From an uncultured Alphaproteobacteria bacterium (GTDB taxonomy: Bacteria; Pseudomonadota; Alphaproteobacteria; Rhodospirillales; Defluviicoccaceae), in the NCBI GenBank assembly GCA_963786305.1, contig CAWAYL010000009.1:108387-172386 (forward strand): 64,000 nucleotides of DNA. Direction: 5' to 3'. The notes beneath the pieces were generated by a model that did not search any database, was not told the DNA's origin, and saw only the letters and a list, made by a program, of their open reading frames with translations. Shown here in pieces: positions 18,119-30,976 of the stretch. The translations under genes were made by a program, and so were the position numbers. Position 1 is the first letter of the stretch. Each line of letters opens with the position of its first letter.

Positions 18119-19077
18119 ATGACCGACCCAGCGAACAAACCGGTTCTGATTATCGCCGGGCCCACGGGCAGCGGCAAGTCGGCGCTCGCCATCGACGCCG
18201 CCGAGGAGTTCGGCGGCGTCGTCGATCAATGCCGACAGCATGCAGGTGTACCGCGAGCTGCGGGTGCTGACGTCGCGCCCACGCGGCGAAGACGAGGCGC
18301 GGGTGCCGCATCGCCTGTTCGGGGTTCTGCGGGCGGCCGAGCCGTGTTCGGCGGGGCTGTGGCTGGAGAAAGGCCCGGGCCGAGATCGAGGCGGCGTGGG
18401 CGGACCTGCTGCTGCCCATCGTGGTCGGCGGAACCGGCCTCTATCTCAAGGCGCTGACCGAGGGACTGGCGCCGGTTCCGGACATTCCCGACGCGGCGCG
18501 CACCGAGGCCAGGGGCGAGTTCCTGCGTCTCGGCGGACCGGCGTTTCGCGAGGAACTGGCCAGGCTGGACCCCGAAACGGCGGCGCGGGTGGCGGCGAGC
18601 GACGGACAGCGGCTGGTCCGCGCCTACGAGGTGGTGCGCGCCACCGGGCGGCCGCTGCCCGAGTGGCAACGCCAGCCGTCCGCCGCCCCGCCGTTGGCGG
18701 CACGGTTCCAGACGGTTGTTCTGATGCCGGCCCGCGAAACCCTCTACGCCGGTCTCGATGCCCGGTTCGAGGCGATGCTGGCCGGCGGCGCCCTCGACGA
18801 AGCGAAAGCCCTGATGGACCTCGCGCTCGACCCGAAGCTGCCGGCGATGAAGGCGGTGGGGGTGCCGGAACTGACCGGCTACCTGCGGCGCGAAACCACT
18901 TTGGAAGCGGCCGTGGCGGCGGCGAAACAGGCGACCCGAAACTACGCCAAACGGCAGATGACCTGGCTGCGGCACCAATTGGAGGAGCCGGTCGAGATGG
19001 GTGAGCAATATTCGGAAAGGTTACGAGAGAAGATCTTTTCAATTATTCGTCAAACCCTATTGACCCCGCGCCCGTGA
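18119..19077 (+). pseudogene. miaA: tRNA dimethylallyltransferase MiaA, two frame breaks as sequenced (~18224 and ~18370-18376)
   Basis: Three frame segments join: [35 protein letters not shown] | (I)[18 protein letters not shown]...CSAGLWLEK | [32 protein letters not shown]...*. Length is 959 nt = 3n+2. Confidence 0.88.
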
Positions 19078-19100
19078 ACGACTAGGTTCCGCCCCTCGGA

Positions 19101-19129
19101 GGCCCGGCCGAATGCCGGGCCCTTTTCTC
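19101..19129 (+). terminator. rho-independent terminator after miaA (or attenuator ahead of ilvI)
   Basis: GGCCCGGC-cgaat-GCCGGGCC is followed by CTTTTCTC. Confidence 0.55.
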
Positions 19130-19169
19130 ACCCACGCAAACCCCCGCGCCGAGCGCGGCGACTTTAGCG

Positions 19170-20956
19170 GTGTCAACCGGAGAACAGACCATGGCGTACG
19201 AACAAATGACCGGAGCGAAGATCGTCATCCAGGCCCTCATCGATCATGGGGTCACGGATGTATTCGGCTATCCCGGAGGCGCCATTCTACCGGTATACGA
19301 CGAGATCTTCCAACAGAACCAGGTCCGCCACATCCTGGTCCGTCAGGAAGGCGGCGCGGTTCACGCCGCCGAGGGTTATGCGCGGTCCACCGGCAAGACC
19401 GGTGTGGTGATCGTGACCTCGGGACCGGGCGCCACCAACGCGGTGACGGGTCTTGCCGACGCGCTGATGGACAGCGTGCCGCTGGTCTGCTTCTCGGGCC
19501 AGGTGCCGACCCATCTGATCGGCAACGACGCCTTCCAGGAGTGCGACACCACCGGCATCACCCGGCCGGTCACCAAGCACAACTATCTGGTCAAGAGCGT
19601 CGACGATCTGGCGCGGACGGTGCACGAAGCGTTCTACGTGGCGCGCAGCGGCCGGCCCGGACCGGTGCTGATCGATCTGCCGAAAGACGTGACCATGGCG
19701 ACCGGGCCGTACATTCCGCCCGGCGACATCACCCACAAAAGCTATCAGCCCCAAGGTGGACGGCAACGCCCAGGATATCGACAAGGCGGTGGAGGCGATG
19801 GCCAATGCCAAGCGCCCGCTGTTCTACTGCGGCGGCGGCATCATCAACTCGGGCCCGCGAGCGTCCGAGCTTCTGACCCAGCTCGTTGATATGACGGGGT
19901 TCCCGACGACCTTGACGCTGATGGGACTGGGCGCGCTGCCGGCGTCGCATCCGCAGTTCCTCGGCATGGTCGGCATGCATGGCACCTTCGAGGCCAACAT
20001 GGCGATGCACGATTGCGATGTGATGATCGCCATCGGATCGCGCTTCGACGACCGGGTGACCGGAAGGCTCAACGCGTTTTCGCCGGGCTCGACCAAGATC
20101 CACGTCGATATCGACCCGTCGTCGATCAACAAGAACGTGATGGTGGACATCGGCATCATCGGCGACACCGGGCGCGTGCTCGAGCAGATGATCGAGGGGT
20201 GGAAGGCCAAGGGCGGCAAATCGCGACAAAAGCGCGCTGTCGGCGTGGATGGACACCATCGACATCTGGCGGAGCCGCGATTGCCTGTCATTCCTCCAGG
20301 ACGACGACACCATCAAGCCGCAGTACGCCATTCAGCGGCTTTACGAGCTGACCAAGGGACGCGACGACGTGTTCATCACCACCGAGGTCGGCCAGCATCA
20401 GATGTGGGCGGCCCAGCACTTCGGGTTCGAAAAACCGAACCGGTGGATGACGTCGGGCGGGCTCGGCACCATGGGATACGGCTTGCCGTCGGCCATGGGC
20501 GTGCAGGTGGCCAATCCCGGGGCGCTGGTGGTGGACATCGCCGGCGAGGCGTCGATCATGATGAACATCCAGGAGATGTCGACCATCGCCCAGTACGGAC
20601 TGCCGGTCAAAGTGTTCATCCTCAACAACGAGTACATGGGCATGGTGCGCCAGTGGCAGGAACTGCTGCACGGCGGGCGTTACTCCGAAAGCTACATGAG
20701 CTCGCTGCCCGATTTCGTCAAGCTCGCCGAGGCGTTCGGCGCGGTCGGACTGCGGGCCGAAAAGCCGGGCGACATGGATGGACTGATCAAGGAGATGATC
20801 ACCACGGACAAGGCGGTCATCGCCGACATCCGGGTGGACAAGGCGGAGAACTGTTTCCCGATGATCCCATCGGGAGCGGCCCACAACGAGATGCTGATGG
20901 GTCCCGCCGACAAGTCCGAACGGCCCATATCCGAAGACGGCATGGTCCTCGTATAA
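19170..20956 (+). pseudogene. ilvI: acetolactate synthase large subunit, two frame breaks as sequenced (~19751-19756 and ~20221-20225)
   Basis: Three frame segments join: ..[34 protein letters not shown]...SYQPQ | [28 protein letters not shown]...GWKAKGGK | ..ALSAWMDTIDIWRSRDCLSF...GGLGTMGYGLPSAMG (ThDP motif)...*. Length is 1787 nt = 3n+2. The alternative start ATG 19191 is also possible. Confidence 0.9.
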
Positions 20957-21080
20957 GCCGACCGGCTACTCCATCGCGGACCGGGCGGCGCGCCGCGCGC
21001 CGCCGCTTCGTCCGTTCAACGACCCAACCGCCATCCATTATTCGCCGGCCAGCGCCGGACTGCTACTGGGAGCCCAAGAT

Positions 21081-21593
21081 ATGCCGGAGCCCGTGAGGGA
21101 AGAGCAACACACCATCGCCGTGCTTGTGGACAACGAACCCGGGGTCCTCGCCCGGGTCGTCGGTCTGTTTTCGGGGCGCGGATACAACATCGAGAGCCTG
21201 ACGGTGGCGGAAACCGACCCGCACGGCAACCTGTCGCGGATCACCATCGTCACCTCGGGCACGCCGATGATCATCGAGCAGATCAAGGCCCAGCTCGGTC
21301 GCCTGGTGCCGGTGCACAAGATCAGCGATCTGACCTTGCAGGGTGCGCATGTGGAGCGGGAAATGGCGCTGGTCAAGGTCTGCGGACACGGCGAGCACCG
21401 GGTCGAGGCCTTGCGCATCGCCACCATTTTCCGCGCTCAGGTGAGGGACAGCACCAACGAGTCGTTCGTGTTCGAAATCGTGGGCAAGACAAGCAAGGTC
21501 GATGCCTTTATCAATCTCATGAAGCCCCTCGGGCTGATCGACGTCGCCCGTACGGGCGTGGCCGCGATCTCCCGCGGAGCCGAGCCGATATAG
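21081..21593 (+). CDS. ilvH: acetolactate synthase small (regulatory) subunit
   Basis: ACT-domain start HTIAVLVDNEPGVLARVVGLFSGRGYNIESLTVA. Intact 170 aa, directly after ilvI. Confidence 0.92.
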   Translation: MPEPVREEQHTIAVLVDNEPGVLARVVGLFSGRGYNIESLTVAETDPHGNLSRITIVTSGTPMIIEQIKAQLGRLVPVHKISDLTLQGAHVEREMALVKVCGHGEHRVEALRIATIFRAQVRDSTNESFVFEIVGKTSKVDAFINLMKPLGLIDVARTGVAAISRGAEPI

Positions 21594-21608
21594 TCATCGC
21601 AACCATAA

Positions 21609-22646
<1,038 letters not shown>

Positions 22647-22672
22647 CAATCGGAATCGCGCCGAAGGTCGTC

Positions 22673-22912
22673 ATGGCGATGAAATACATCATTGTGAACG
22701 GTCCGGGCGGGGAGATGCCGGTCGTCTTCCCGAGGGCCTACTATCACAGCGATGTCGCCCAGCGTTTTGCTCCCGCACAGGTCGTTGCCGCGGGTTTCGT
22801 CAGGCTATCGGACGGCGCCGCCGATTGTTACGGCGGCAGTTCGAGCTTGAGGATGGTGTCACGGCGCCAACGCGATTCCGAACTCGTCGCGCGCCATTTG
22901 AGCAGCGGTTAG
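22673..22912 (+). CDS. small hypothetical protein (79 aa)
   Basis: ATG 22673 lies 26 nt after ilvC. MAMKYIIVNGPGGEMPVVFPRAYYHSDVAQRF... shows coding-like third-position GC, but no family was recognised. Confidence 0.4.
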   Translation: MAMKYIIVNGPGGEMPVVFPRAYYHSDVAQRFAPAQVVAAGFVRLSDGAADCYGGSSSLRMVSRRQRDSELVARHLSSG

Positions 22913-23073
22913 CGGCGCCTCGGCCGCCATCGGCATCGCGGGGCAAGAGCCCGCAATCGCGGACACACTTCGGGCGCGCGCGGCTCAATCTCTCTTTCCG
23001 CGACATTCCTGTTGACAATGACCCGTTACGACTATTTCTAATAGGCTGCGATTAACCTCAATTTAACAGGGAA

Positions 23074-23110
23074 TGCTCGATAATTCCGTCAGTGGTTCGA
23101 TTATCGAGCA
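23074..23110 (+). promoter_or_regulatory. perfect 11-bp inverted repeat in the leuA leader (operator or RNA hairpin)
   Basis: TGCTCGATAAT (23074-23084) - 15 nt - ATTATCGAGCA (23100-23110). It lies in an AT-rich patch just downstream of a TTGACA (23012-23017) / TCTAAT (23037-23042, 19-nt spacer) promoter-like pair. Confidence 0.4.
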
Positions 23111-23345
23111 GCAGAAATGTTGGCAACGCGCGGCAATGGGGACGGCAAGATCGGGGGAATGGACGGTTCCCGCCGCTTGCGCGCGCGCGCCGTCGCGTCC
23201 CACATTCTTCCGACTGGCGGGGGCCTTCGACTTAGGTGCCCCTGAGCATTCGTCACTGGGCCGGATTGCGGCGCATGGAGTGTTCAGGGGAGGTGGAAAC
23301 GAGTTCCCACACACGGCGCACCTGTTTGAACGAAGGACCAACCCC

Positions 23346-24908
23346 ATGAGCAGAGATACGAGTAAAGATACGGATCCGAATCGCGTTATCATTTTCGACA
23401 CGACCTTGCGTGACGGCGAACAATCGCCGGGCGCGTCGATGAACCTGGAAGAAAAGCTGCGGATTGCCCGGGTTCTCGAGGAGATGGGGGTCGACGTGAT
23501 CGAGGCCGGCTTCCCGATCGCGTCCAACGGCGATTTCGAAGCCGTCCGCGAAATTGCCAAGGTGGTGACCGAATCGACGGTCTGCGGACTGAGTCGCGCT
23601 ACGCGTGGCGATATCGAGCGCGCCGCCGAGGCCATCAAGCCGGCGCGGCGCGGGCGCATCCACACCTTCATATCCACCAGCCCGCTGCACATGAAACATA
23701 AGCTCCAGATGGAGCCCGACGATGTCTACGCGGCGGTGATCGACAGCGTGACGTACGCGCGGCGCTTCACCGATGACGTGGAATGGTCCTGCGAGGACGG
23801 TTCGCGCACCGAGCACGATTTCCTGTGCCGCTGCGTCGAGGCGGCCATCGACGCGGGGGCCGGAACGATCAACATTCCCGACACCGTCGGTTACGCCGTG
23901 CCCGCCGAGTACGCGGCGATTATCGAAATGGTGCGCAATCGCGTGCCGAACATCGACAAAGCCATCGTTTCGGTACACTGCCACAACGACCTGGGATTGG
24001 CGGTGGCCAATTCCCTCGCCGCCGTACAAGCCGGCGCCCGCCAGGTGGAATGCACGATCAACGGGCTGGGCGAGCGGGCGGGGAACGCCGCCATGGAAGA
24101 AATCGTGATGGCGTTGAAAACCCGTCCCGATCATGGCCCCTGTTTCACCACAATCAAGTCCGAAACCATCATGCGGGCCTCGCGGCTGGTGTCCGCCATC
24201 ACCGGATTTGTCGTCCAGCCCAACAAGGCGATTGTCGGCGCCAACGCGTTTGCCCACGAGTCTGGAATTCACCAAGATGGCATGCTGAAGCACGCGGGCA
24301 CCTATGAAATCATGACGCCGGAATCGGTGGGCCTGACCAAATCCAAACTGGTTATGGGCAAGCATTCCGGCCGCCATGCGTTTCGCGAAAAGCTGACGGA
24401 ACTGGGCTACGATTTGGGCGACAATGCCCTGACGGATGTGTTCAGCCGCTTCAAGAGACTGGCCGACGCCAAGAAGGAGGTGTTCGACGAGGACGTGATG
24501 GCGCTGGTCGACGACGCGGTGTTGCGCGTCAATGACCGCGTGAAACTGGTTTCTCTCTCGGTGGAATGCGGCACGCGTCAGTCGAAAGCGGTCATGGAGC
24601 TCGATGTGGACGGCGACGTCCGGGGCTGCGAGAGCTCGGGCGACGGTCCGGTCGATTCGGTCTTCCGGTGCATCAAGGAGTTGTTTCCCACCGACGCGCG
24701 CCTGCAATTGTATCAGGTCCACGCCGTCACCGGAGGAACCGACGCTCAGGCGGAAGTAACGGTGCGATTGGAAGAAAACGGGCGTACGGTCAATGGCCAA
24801 GGCGCCGATACCGATACCGTCGTCGCCTCCGTCAGGGCCTATCTGAACGCATTGAACAAGCTCATGGTTAAACGGGAAAAGACCGCGCCAAGCGCCCTTT
24901 CCGCTTGA
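23346..24908 (+). CDS. leuA: 2-isopropylmalate synthase
   Basis: MSRDTSKDTDPNRVIIFDTTLRDGEQSPGASMNLEEKLRIARVLEEMGVDVIEAGFP...HCHNDLGLAVANSLAAV.. Start at the internal ATG 23346. Intact 520 aa. Confidence 0.93.
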   Translation: MSRDTSKDTDPNRVIIFDTTLRDGEQSPGASMNLEEKLRIARVLEEMGVDVIEAGFPIASNGDFEAVREIAKVVTESTVCGLSRATRGDIERAAEAIKPARRGRIHTFISTSPLHMKHKLQMEPDDVYAAVIDSVTYARRFTDDVEWSCEDGSRTEHDFLCRCVEAAIDAGAGTINIPDTVGYAVPAEYAAIIEMVRNRVPNIDKAIVSVHCHNDLGLAVANSLAAVQAGARQVECTINGLGERAGNAAMEEIVMALKTRPDHGPCFTTIKSETIMRASRLVSAITGFVVQPNKAIVGANAFAHESGIHQDGMLKHAGTYEIMTPESVGLTKSKLVMGKHSGRHAFREKLTELGYDLGDNALTDVFSRFKRLADAKKEVFDEDVMALVDDAVLRVNDRVKLVSLSVECGTRQSKAVMELDVDGDVRGCESSGDGPVDSVFRCIKELFPTDARLQLYQVHAVTGGTDAQAEVTVRLEENGRTVNGQGADTDTVVASVRAYLNALNKLMVKREKTAPSALSA

Positions 24909-24918
24909 ACAAGTGTAG

Positions 24919-26067
<1,149 letters not shown>

Positions 26068-26150
26068 TATATTTCCGTTCTTCGTGGCCCCTTTTTACTT
26101 TATGCTTTCCTTACCCGAAGGCTGGCCGTTTGGGTCATAAGGGAAATGGT

Positions 26151-27081
26151 TTGAGCGAAAGACCAAGATCGGAACTTCGTGCCGCTGGATCCGTCAGAAC
26201 GTTCGCCCACCGGTTTGCGTACGTCGGCTTGATCGTCGCGGCCGGTGCGTTGATGATGCTTGGCAAGGCCGACGCCGTGCTGGTCGAAAAGTTCCGGCTG
26301 CGAATCATCGATACGACCGCTCCGATTCTCGACGTCCTGTCTCGTCCCATCGACGTGGTGACGCATTCCGTCGAACAAATTCACGACTGGCTGGCGATCC
26401 ACGACGAGAACGCGCGGTTGCGGGAGGATCGGGCGCGACTGATGCAGTGGCAGACCGTCGCGCGCCAGCTTGAGGCCGAGAACGCCGCGCTGAAACAGCT
26501 GCTGCATTTCGTTCCCGAACCGGACGTCCGGTTCGTGACGGGCCGCGTGGTTGCCGATTTCGGGCGGCGCATTTGCCCACAGCGTGCTGCTCGGCGCTGG
26601 ACGGCGTGATGGTGTCGGCAAGGGCCAGCCCGTGGTCTCGGACGAGGCGCTGGTCGGTCGGATCGCCGGCGTTGCCCAGCGATCGGCGCGGGTTCTCCTG
26701 TTGACCGACCTTAACTCCCGCATACCGGTGTTCGTGGGGCCGTCGCGGACGCGCGCCATTCTGGCCGGTGACAACACGGCAAAGCCGAAACTGGTTTATC
26801 TCGCCCCGGACGCGGTTGTCTCTCCCGGCAACTTGATCGTCACCTCCGGTCATGGCGGTGTGTTCCCGGCCGGTATACCAGTCGGCATCGTGAAATCGGT
26901 CGCGGAGAGCGAGATCCGGGCGGAACCTTACGTGGATCGTGAGCGGCTCGAATTTCTGCGCGTGATCGACTATGGCTTGACCGGCATTCTCGGCGAGCCC
27001 CTGGATGCGGTCCCGGCCGCCACGCCGGAGACTGTTGCCCCGATGGCGGCGCCGGATCAACACGGCGGTATCGAGCCGTGA
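26151..27081 (+). pseudogene. mreC: rod shape-determining protein MreC, one frame break as sequenced (~26560-26570)
   Basis: A coiled-coil N-terminal part (..ENARLREDRARLMQWQTVARQLEAENAALKQLL..VVADFG) is in one frame. GAFAHSVLLGAGRRDGVGKGQPVV...SGHGGVFPAGIPVG follows in the next. The TTG start at 26151 after AAGGGA is a guess. Length is 931 nt = 3n+1. Confidence 0.8.
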
Positions 27082-27593
27082 GGTCCACGTTTTGGGCAAA
27101 GGCGGATACGGTCGCGCGTCAGTTGACGCCCTTCGGTTTGACCGTAATCCTCGTTCTGATCGGTGCGGTGCCCCTTCAGGTTCCGGGCATTGCGTCGGTG
27201 ACGCCGCTGTTGCCGATGATCGGGATTTATTACTGGGCGATCTACCGTCCCGACCTGATGCCGGTAGCGGCGGTGTTTGTCATCGGTCTCCTGTACGACG
27301 CGTTGAGTGGTGCGCCGTTGGGCGTGAGCGCGGCCGTGTTCGTAATTGTTCACGGCATTATCGACGGTCAACGCCGATTCTTTGCCGGCAAGTCCTTCAT
27401 GATCGTATGGCTCGGGTTTTTTCTGGTGTCCGCCGGTGCGCTGTTCGCGTCGTGGCTGCTCGTGTCCGCTTTTTACGGAACGTTTGTGAGATCGGAAGCT
27501 CTGATGTTTCAGTATCTCATTACTTTGGGATGCTTCCCGCTGCTGTCATGGGCACTGTTACGCTGGCAGCGGACGATCCTTGGGCAGGCCTGA
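27078..27593 (+). CDS. mreD: rod shape-determining protein MreD
   Basis: GTG overlaps the mreC stop (GTGA). It is a polytopic hydrophobic 171-aa protein in the canonical position. Confidence 0.75.
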   Translation: MRSTFWAKADTVARQLTPFGLTVILVLIGAVPLQVPGIASVTPLLPMIGIYYWAIYRPDLMPVAAVFVIGLLYDALSGAPLGVSAAVFVIVHGIIDGQRRFFAGKSFMIVWLGFFLVSAGALFASWLLVSAFYGTFVRSEALMFQYLITLGCFPLLSWALLRWQRTILGQA

Positions 27594-27594
27594 T

Positions 27595-29504
27595 ATGGAC
27601 CGGGATGCCGACCGCCACAAACTGATTTCCCGGCGGATGTTCATGCTCGCCGCGGGCAATGGAATTCTCATCTCCACTCTCGCCGGCCGGCTGTATTACC
27701 TCCAGGTGCTGGAATCCGAACGCTATTCGACCCTGGCGGACGAGAATCGAGTCAACCTTCGGCTCCTGCCGCCGCCGCGCGGGCGGATCGTCGATCGTCT
27801 CGGGCGACCCGTTGCCGTCAATCGCCAGGATTACCGGGTCTTTCTGATCGCTGAACAGGCGAACGACGTGGAAACCACGTTGCGTGCGCTGGGTTCCCTG
27901 GTCGAGATCGGCGACAGCGAACGCAATCGCGTCCTCAAGGAACTCAAGCGCAAGCGCAAATTCGTTCCCGTGACGGTGCGCGACGGGCTGGACTGGGAGA
28001 CGGTAGCGCGGATCGAAGTGAACGCTCCGGACCTGCCGGGCATCTCCATCGGCGAAGGACAAAGCCGGCACTACCCGCAGGGTGAAACGGCCGCGCATCT
28101 GGTGGGTTACGTGGCGGCGGTATCCGAGCGCGAGTTGACGGGAGATCCATTGCTGGAAATACCGGACTTCCGCATCGGCAAGGCCGGTGTCGAAAACTCT
28201 ACGATCTGGCCTTGCGCGGATCGGGCGGAAGTTCCGAAGTCGAGGTCAATGCCGTCGGCCGGGTGATCCGCGAACTCGGTCGAAAGGAGGGCCAGCCGGG
28301 GAGCGACATAACGCTCACCCTCGATCTGGATCTCCAGCGGCTGGCGACGGAGAAACTGAAAGACCAAAGCGGCGCGGCCGTCGTTCTCGATGTTCACACG
28401 GGCGAGGTTCTGGCGCTGGTTTCGACGCCGGGCTTCGATCCCAATGCGTTCAATCGGGGTCTGGGCCACGACGAATGGAAGGCTCTGACCACCAACCCGA
28501 GGGCCCCTTGACCAACAAGGCGATCGCCGGAACGTACGCGCCAGGCTCCACTTTCAAGATCGCGGTGGCTTTGGCCGCGTTGGAGAAAGGAGTTGTCACG
28601 CCGGAAACCCGCTTCTTCTGCGGCGGCCATCTGAAGCTCGGCAACGCCAAGTTCCATTGCTGGAAGAAATGGGGCCACGGCTGGATGAATCTGCGCGATG
28701 CGCTTTCGCAATCCTGCGACGTTTACTTCTATGAGGTCGCGAAGCGCACGGGTGTGGACCAGATCACCGCAACGGCCCGCAGATTGGGCCTGGGTCGGAC
28801 CTTGGACATCGCTTTGCCGAATGAGCGCTCGGGACTGCTGCCCAATCGAGACTGGAAGATGGCGGCCACTGGCACGCCCTGGCAGATCGGAGAAACCCTC
28901 ATTGCCGGCATCGGACAGGGCTACGTCCTGGCGACACCGCTGCAGCTGGCGGTGATGACCGCCCGCGTCGCCAATGGCGGATATGCGGTCAAACCCCAAC
29001 TGATCCGCGCCATCACGAAAACCGGTGTCCGGCAATCGGAAATCGATGGCGCTTACGAAGGCATCGGCTTGCTCTCCCGCCCACCTACAGGTCGTGCGGG
29101 AAGGTTTGACCATGGTGGTCAATGGACCGCGTGGAACGGCTCGAGCGGCGGCGATCGAGGAACCGGGAATGGCCATGGCCGGCAAGACAGGCACCTCGCA
29201 GGTCCGCAGGATAACCAAGGCCGAGCGGGAGGCCGGCGTTTTCAAGAACGAAGACCTGCCTTGGGAGCGCCGGGACCATGCGCTTTTTGTCGGGTATGCG
29301 CCGGTCGATGCCCCGCGGTACGCCGTCGCGGTCATCGTGGAACATGGTGGCGGGGGATCGAAAGTGGCGGCACCCATTGCCAGGGATATCCTGATCGCGG
29401 CCCAGCGGCTCGATGCGCTGCGGCTCGCGTCCGGCGATCAGAACGTTGGCGGCGGCGTCCCGATACCGACGGTTGACGTACCCATGATTATCGGGGGCAT
29501 ATGA
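27595..29504 (+). pseudogene. mrdA: penicillin-binding protein 2 (elongasome transpeptidase), three frame breaks as sequenced (~28192-28197, ~28501-28508, ~29068-29075)
   Basis: Four frame segments join: ..GRLYYLQVLESERYSTLADENRV...IGKAGVE | (K)LYDLALRGSGGSSEVEVNAVGRVIREL... | PLTNKAIAGTYAPGSTFK (SxxK)...GIGQGYVLATPLQL... | SPAHLQVVREGLTMVV...AGKTGTSQV (KTG)...*. The first break looks like a lost A in an A-run. Confidence 0.88.
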
Positions 29505-29511
29505 GACATCG

Positions 29512-30660
29512 ATGACGGGAAGTGCGTTCGAGCGACAGCGTCTCACGGTCGCCCAGAAACTGGTGCAGATCCGCTGGATGTTCGTCTTTCTGGTTTGCCT
29601 GGCGGGCGGCATCGGCGGCGTCATGCTGTACTCGGCGGCCAACGGCGACCTGAACCCGTGGGCGACGCGCCATGTCGTTCGTTTTGGCGTGGGTCTGATG
29701 CTGATGATCGGCGTTGCGCTGAGTGATATCCGGCTGTGGTTCCGCTACGCGTATGTTTTTTATTTCGTTTGCCTCGCGCTTCTCGGTGCCGTTGAAATCG
29801 CCGGATCGGTGGGCATGGGCGCGCAACGCTGGATCGACCTCGGCTTTATGAATTTGCAGCCGTCGGAGCTGATGAAAATTGCCCTGGTCATCGCACTGGC
29901 GCGGTACTTTCACGGTGTCACCATCGAGGAGATCGGGCGCCCCATGGTGTTGCTGGCGCCCCTTCTGATGGTGGCGGCTCCATCGGCGCTTGTCCTGCGG
30001 CAACCGGATCTCGGTACGGCCCTGATGCTGGTCATCGCCGCGGGCGCTATGTTTTTCGTGGCCGGCGTCCGGCTATGGAAGTTCGCGTTGCTTGTGGTTT
30101 GCGGTGTGGGCGTGTTGCCTGTTCTCTGGCATTCCTTGCACGACTACCAGCGTCAGCGTGTTCTCACATTCCTCGATCCGGAGCGCGATCCCCTGGGGGC
30201 CGGCTATCACATCATTCAGTCCAAGATCGCGCTCGGTGCCGGCGGCGTCTTCGGCAAGGGATTTTTGCAGGGAAGCCAGAGCCACCTGAATTTTCTCCCG
30301 GAGAAACAGACGGATTTCATTTTCACCATGCTCGCGGAAGAGTTCGGCCTGGTCGGCGCGCTCGGATTGCTCGGCGTCTACACCTTGATGCTGCTCTACG
30401 GATTTGCCATCGCGGCCTCGTCGCGCAATTATTTCGGGCGGCTGCTGGCGGTCGGCGTGTCGACGACCTTCTTCCTCTACATGTTCATCAACATGGCGAT
30501 GGTGATGGGATTGATACCCGTGGTCGGGGTTCCCCTGCCGCTTCTGTCCTATGGCGGTACGGCCATGGTGACGTTGATGCTGGGGTTCGGCTTCCTGATG
30601 TCGGTCTACGTCCACAGGGACGTCGTCATCGGCCGGCGGAGCAGCGGCGATACCCTGTGA
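29512..30660 (+). CDS. rodA: peptidoglycan glycosyltransferase RodA (SEDS family)
   Basis: A 382-aa polytopic FtsW/RodA protein (..LQPSELMKIALVIALARYF.., ..PEKQTDFIFTMLAEEFGLVG.., ..GVPLPLLSYGGTAM..). Confidence 0.92.
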   Translation: MTGSAFERQRLTVAQKLVQIRWMFVFLVCLAGGIGGVMLYSAANGDLNPWATRHVVRFGVGLMLMIGVALSDIRLWFRYAYVFYFVCLALLGAVEIAGSVGMGAQRWIDLGFMNLQPSELMKIALVIALARYFHGVTIEEIGRPMVLLAPLLMVAAPSALVLRQPDLGTALMLVIAAGAMFFVAGVRLWKFALLVVCGVGVLPVLWHSLHDYQRQRVLTFLDPERDPLGAGYHIIQSKIALGAGGVFGKGFLQGSQSHLNFLPEKQTDFIFTMLAEEFGLVGALGLLGVYTLMLLYGFAIAASSRNYFGRLLAVGVSTTFFLYMFINMAMVMGLIPVVGVPLPLLSYGGTAMVTLMLGFGFLMSVYVHRDVVIGRRSSGDTL

Positions 30661-30829
30661 CGATCACGAATGCGGGTGACCGCCGGGGGCGTCACGCTCG
30701 CCCGTTACTTGATCCCAGCTGAAGCGCGAGGGGTCCCCGGCGAACCTCGATGGCGAAAAGCCGGCAATCTTCCATGGCGAACGTATCGACAAGGGCGCGG
30801 GGCTTTGCTAAAGATCGGTCCCTCGTTGG

Positions 30830-30906
30830 GGGCGCATAGCTCAGTTGGCAGAGCAGCTGAACTCTTAATCAGCGGGTCCAAGGTTCGAATCCTTGTGCGC
30901 CCACCA
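30830..30906 (+). tRNA. tRNA-Lys (anticodon CUU) with an anomalous 8-nt anticodon loop; CCA encoded
   Basis: GGGCGCA TA GCTC AGTTGGCA GAGC A GCTGA ACTCTTAA TCAGC GGGTC CAAGG TTCGAAT CCTTG TGCGCCC A CCA. All arms are canonical except the loop (30861-30868), which is 8 nt, giving 77 nt instead of 76. Confidence 0.85.
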
Positions 30907-30935
30907 CGAGTCCTGATTGCTTAAGCGCACGGCGC

Positions 30936-30968
30936 GATCGGGTCGACCCGATCCCGTCGGGCGGTTTT
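30936..30968 (+). terminator. possible terminator after tRNA-Lys
   Basis: An 18-bp perfect palindrome GATCGGGTCGACCCGATC (30936-30953) competes with the alternative stem CCCGA-tcccg-TCGGG (30947-30961). CGGTTTT follows. Confidence 0.4.
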
Positions 30969-30976
30969 GCTCTGGT

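Noticed and set aside
30830-30906. The idea that the 8-nt-loop tRNA-Lys suppresses the many +1 frame breaks, i.e. a programmed quadruplet-decoding system.
   Set aside because: The break sites I could localise share no common codon: no AAG/AAGN context, and the extra bases are C, G or T in varied contexts. At least one break is a deletion. The breaks cluster by region rather than by codon. Indel error explains both observations more simply. The idea is kept as a checkable finding only.
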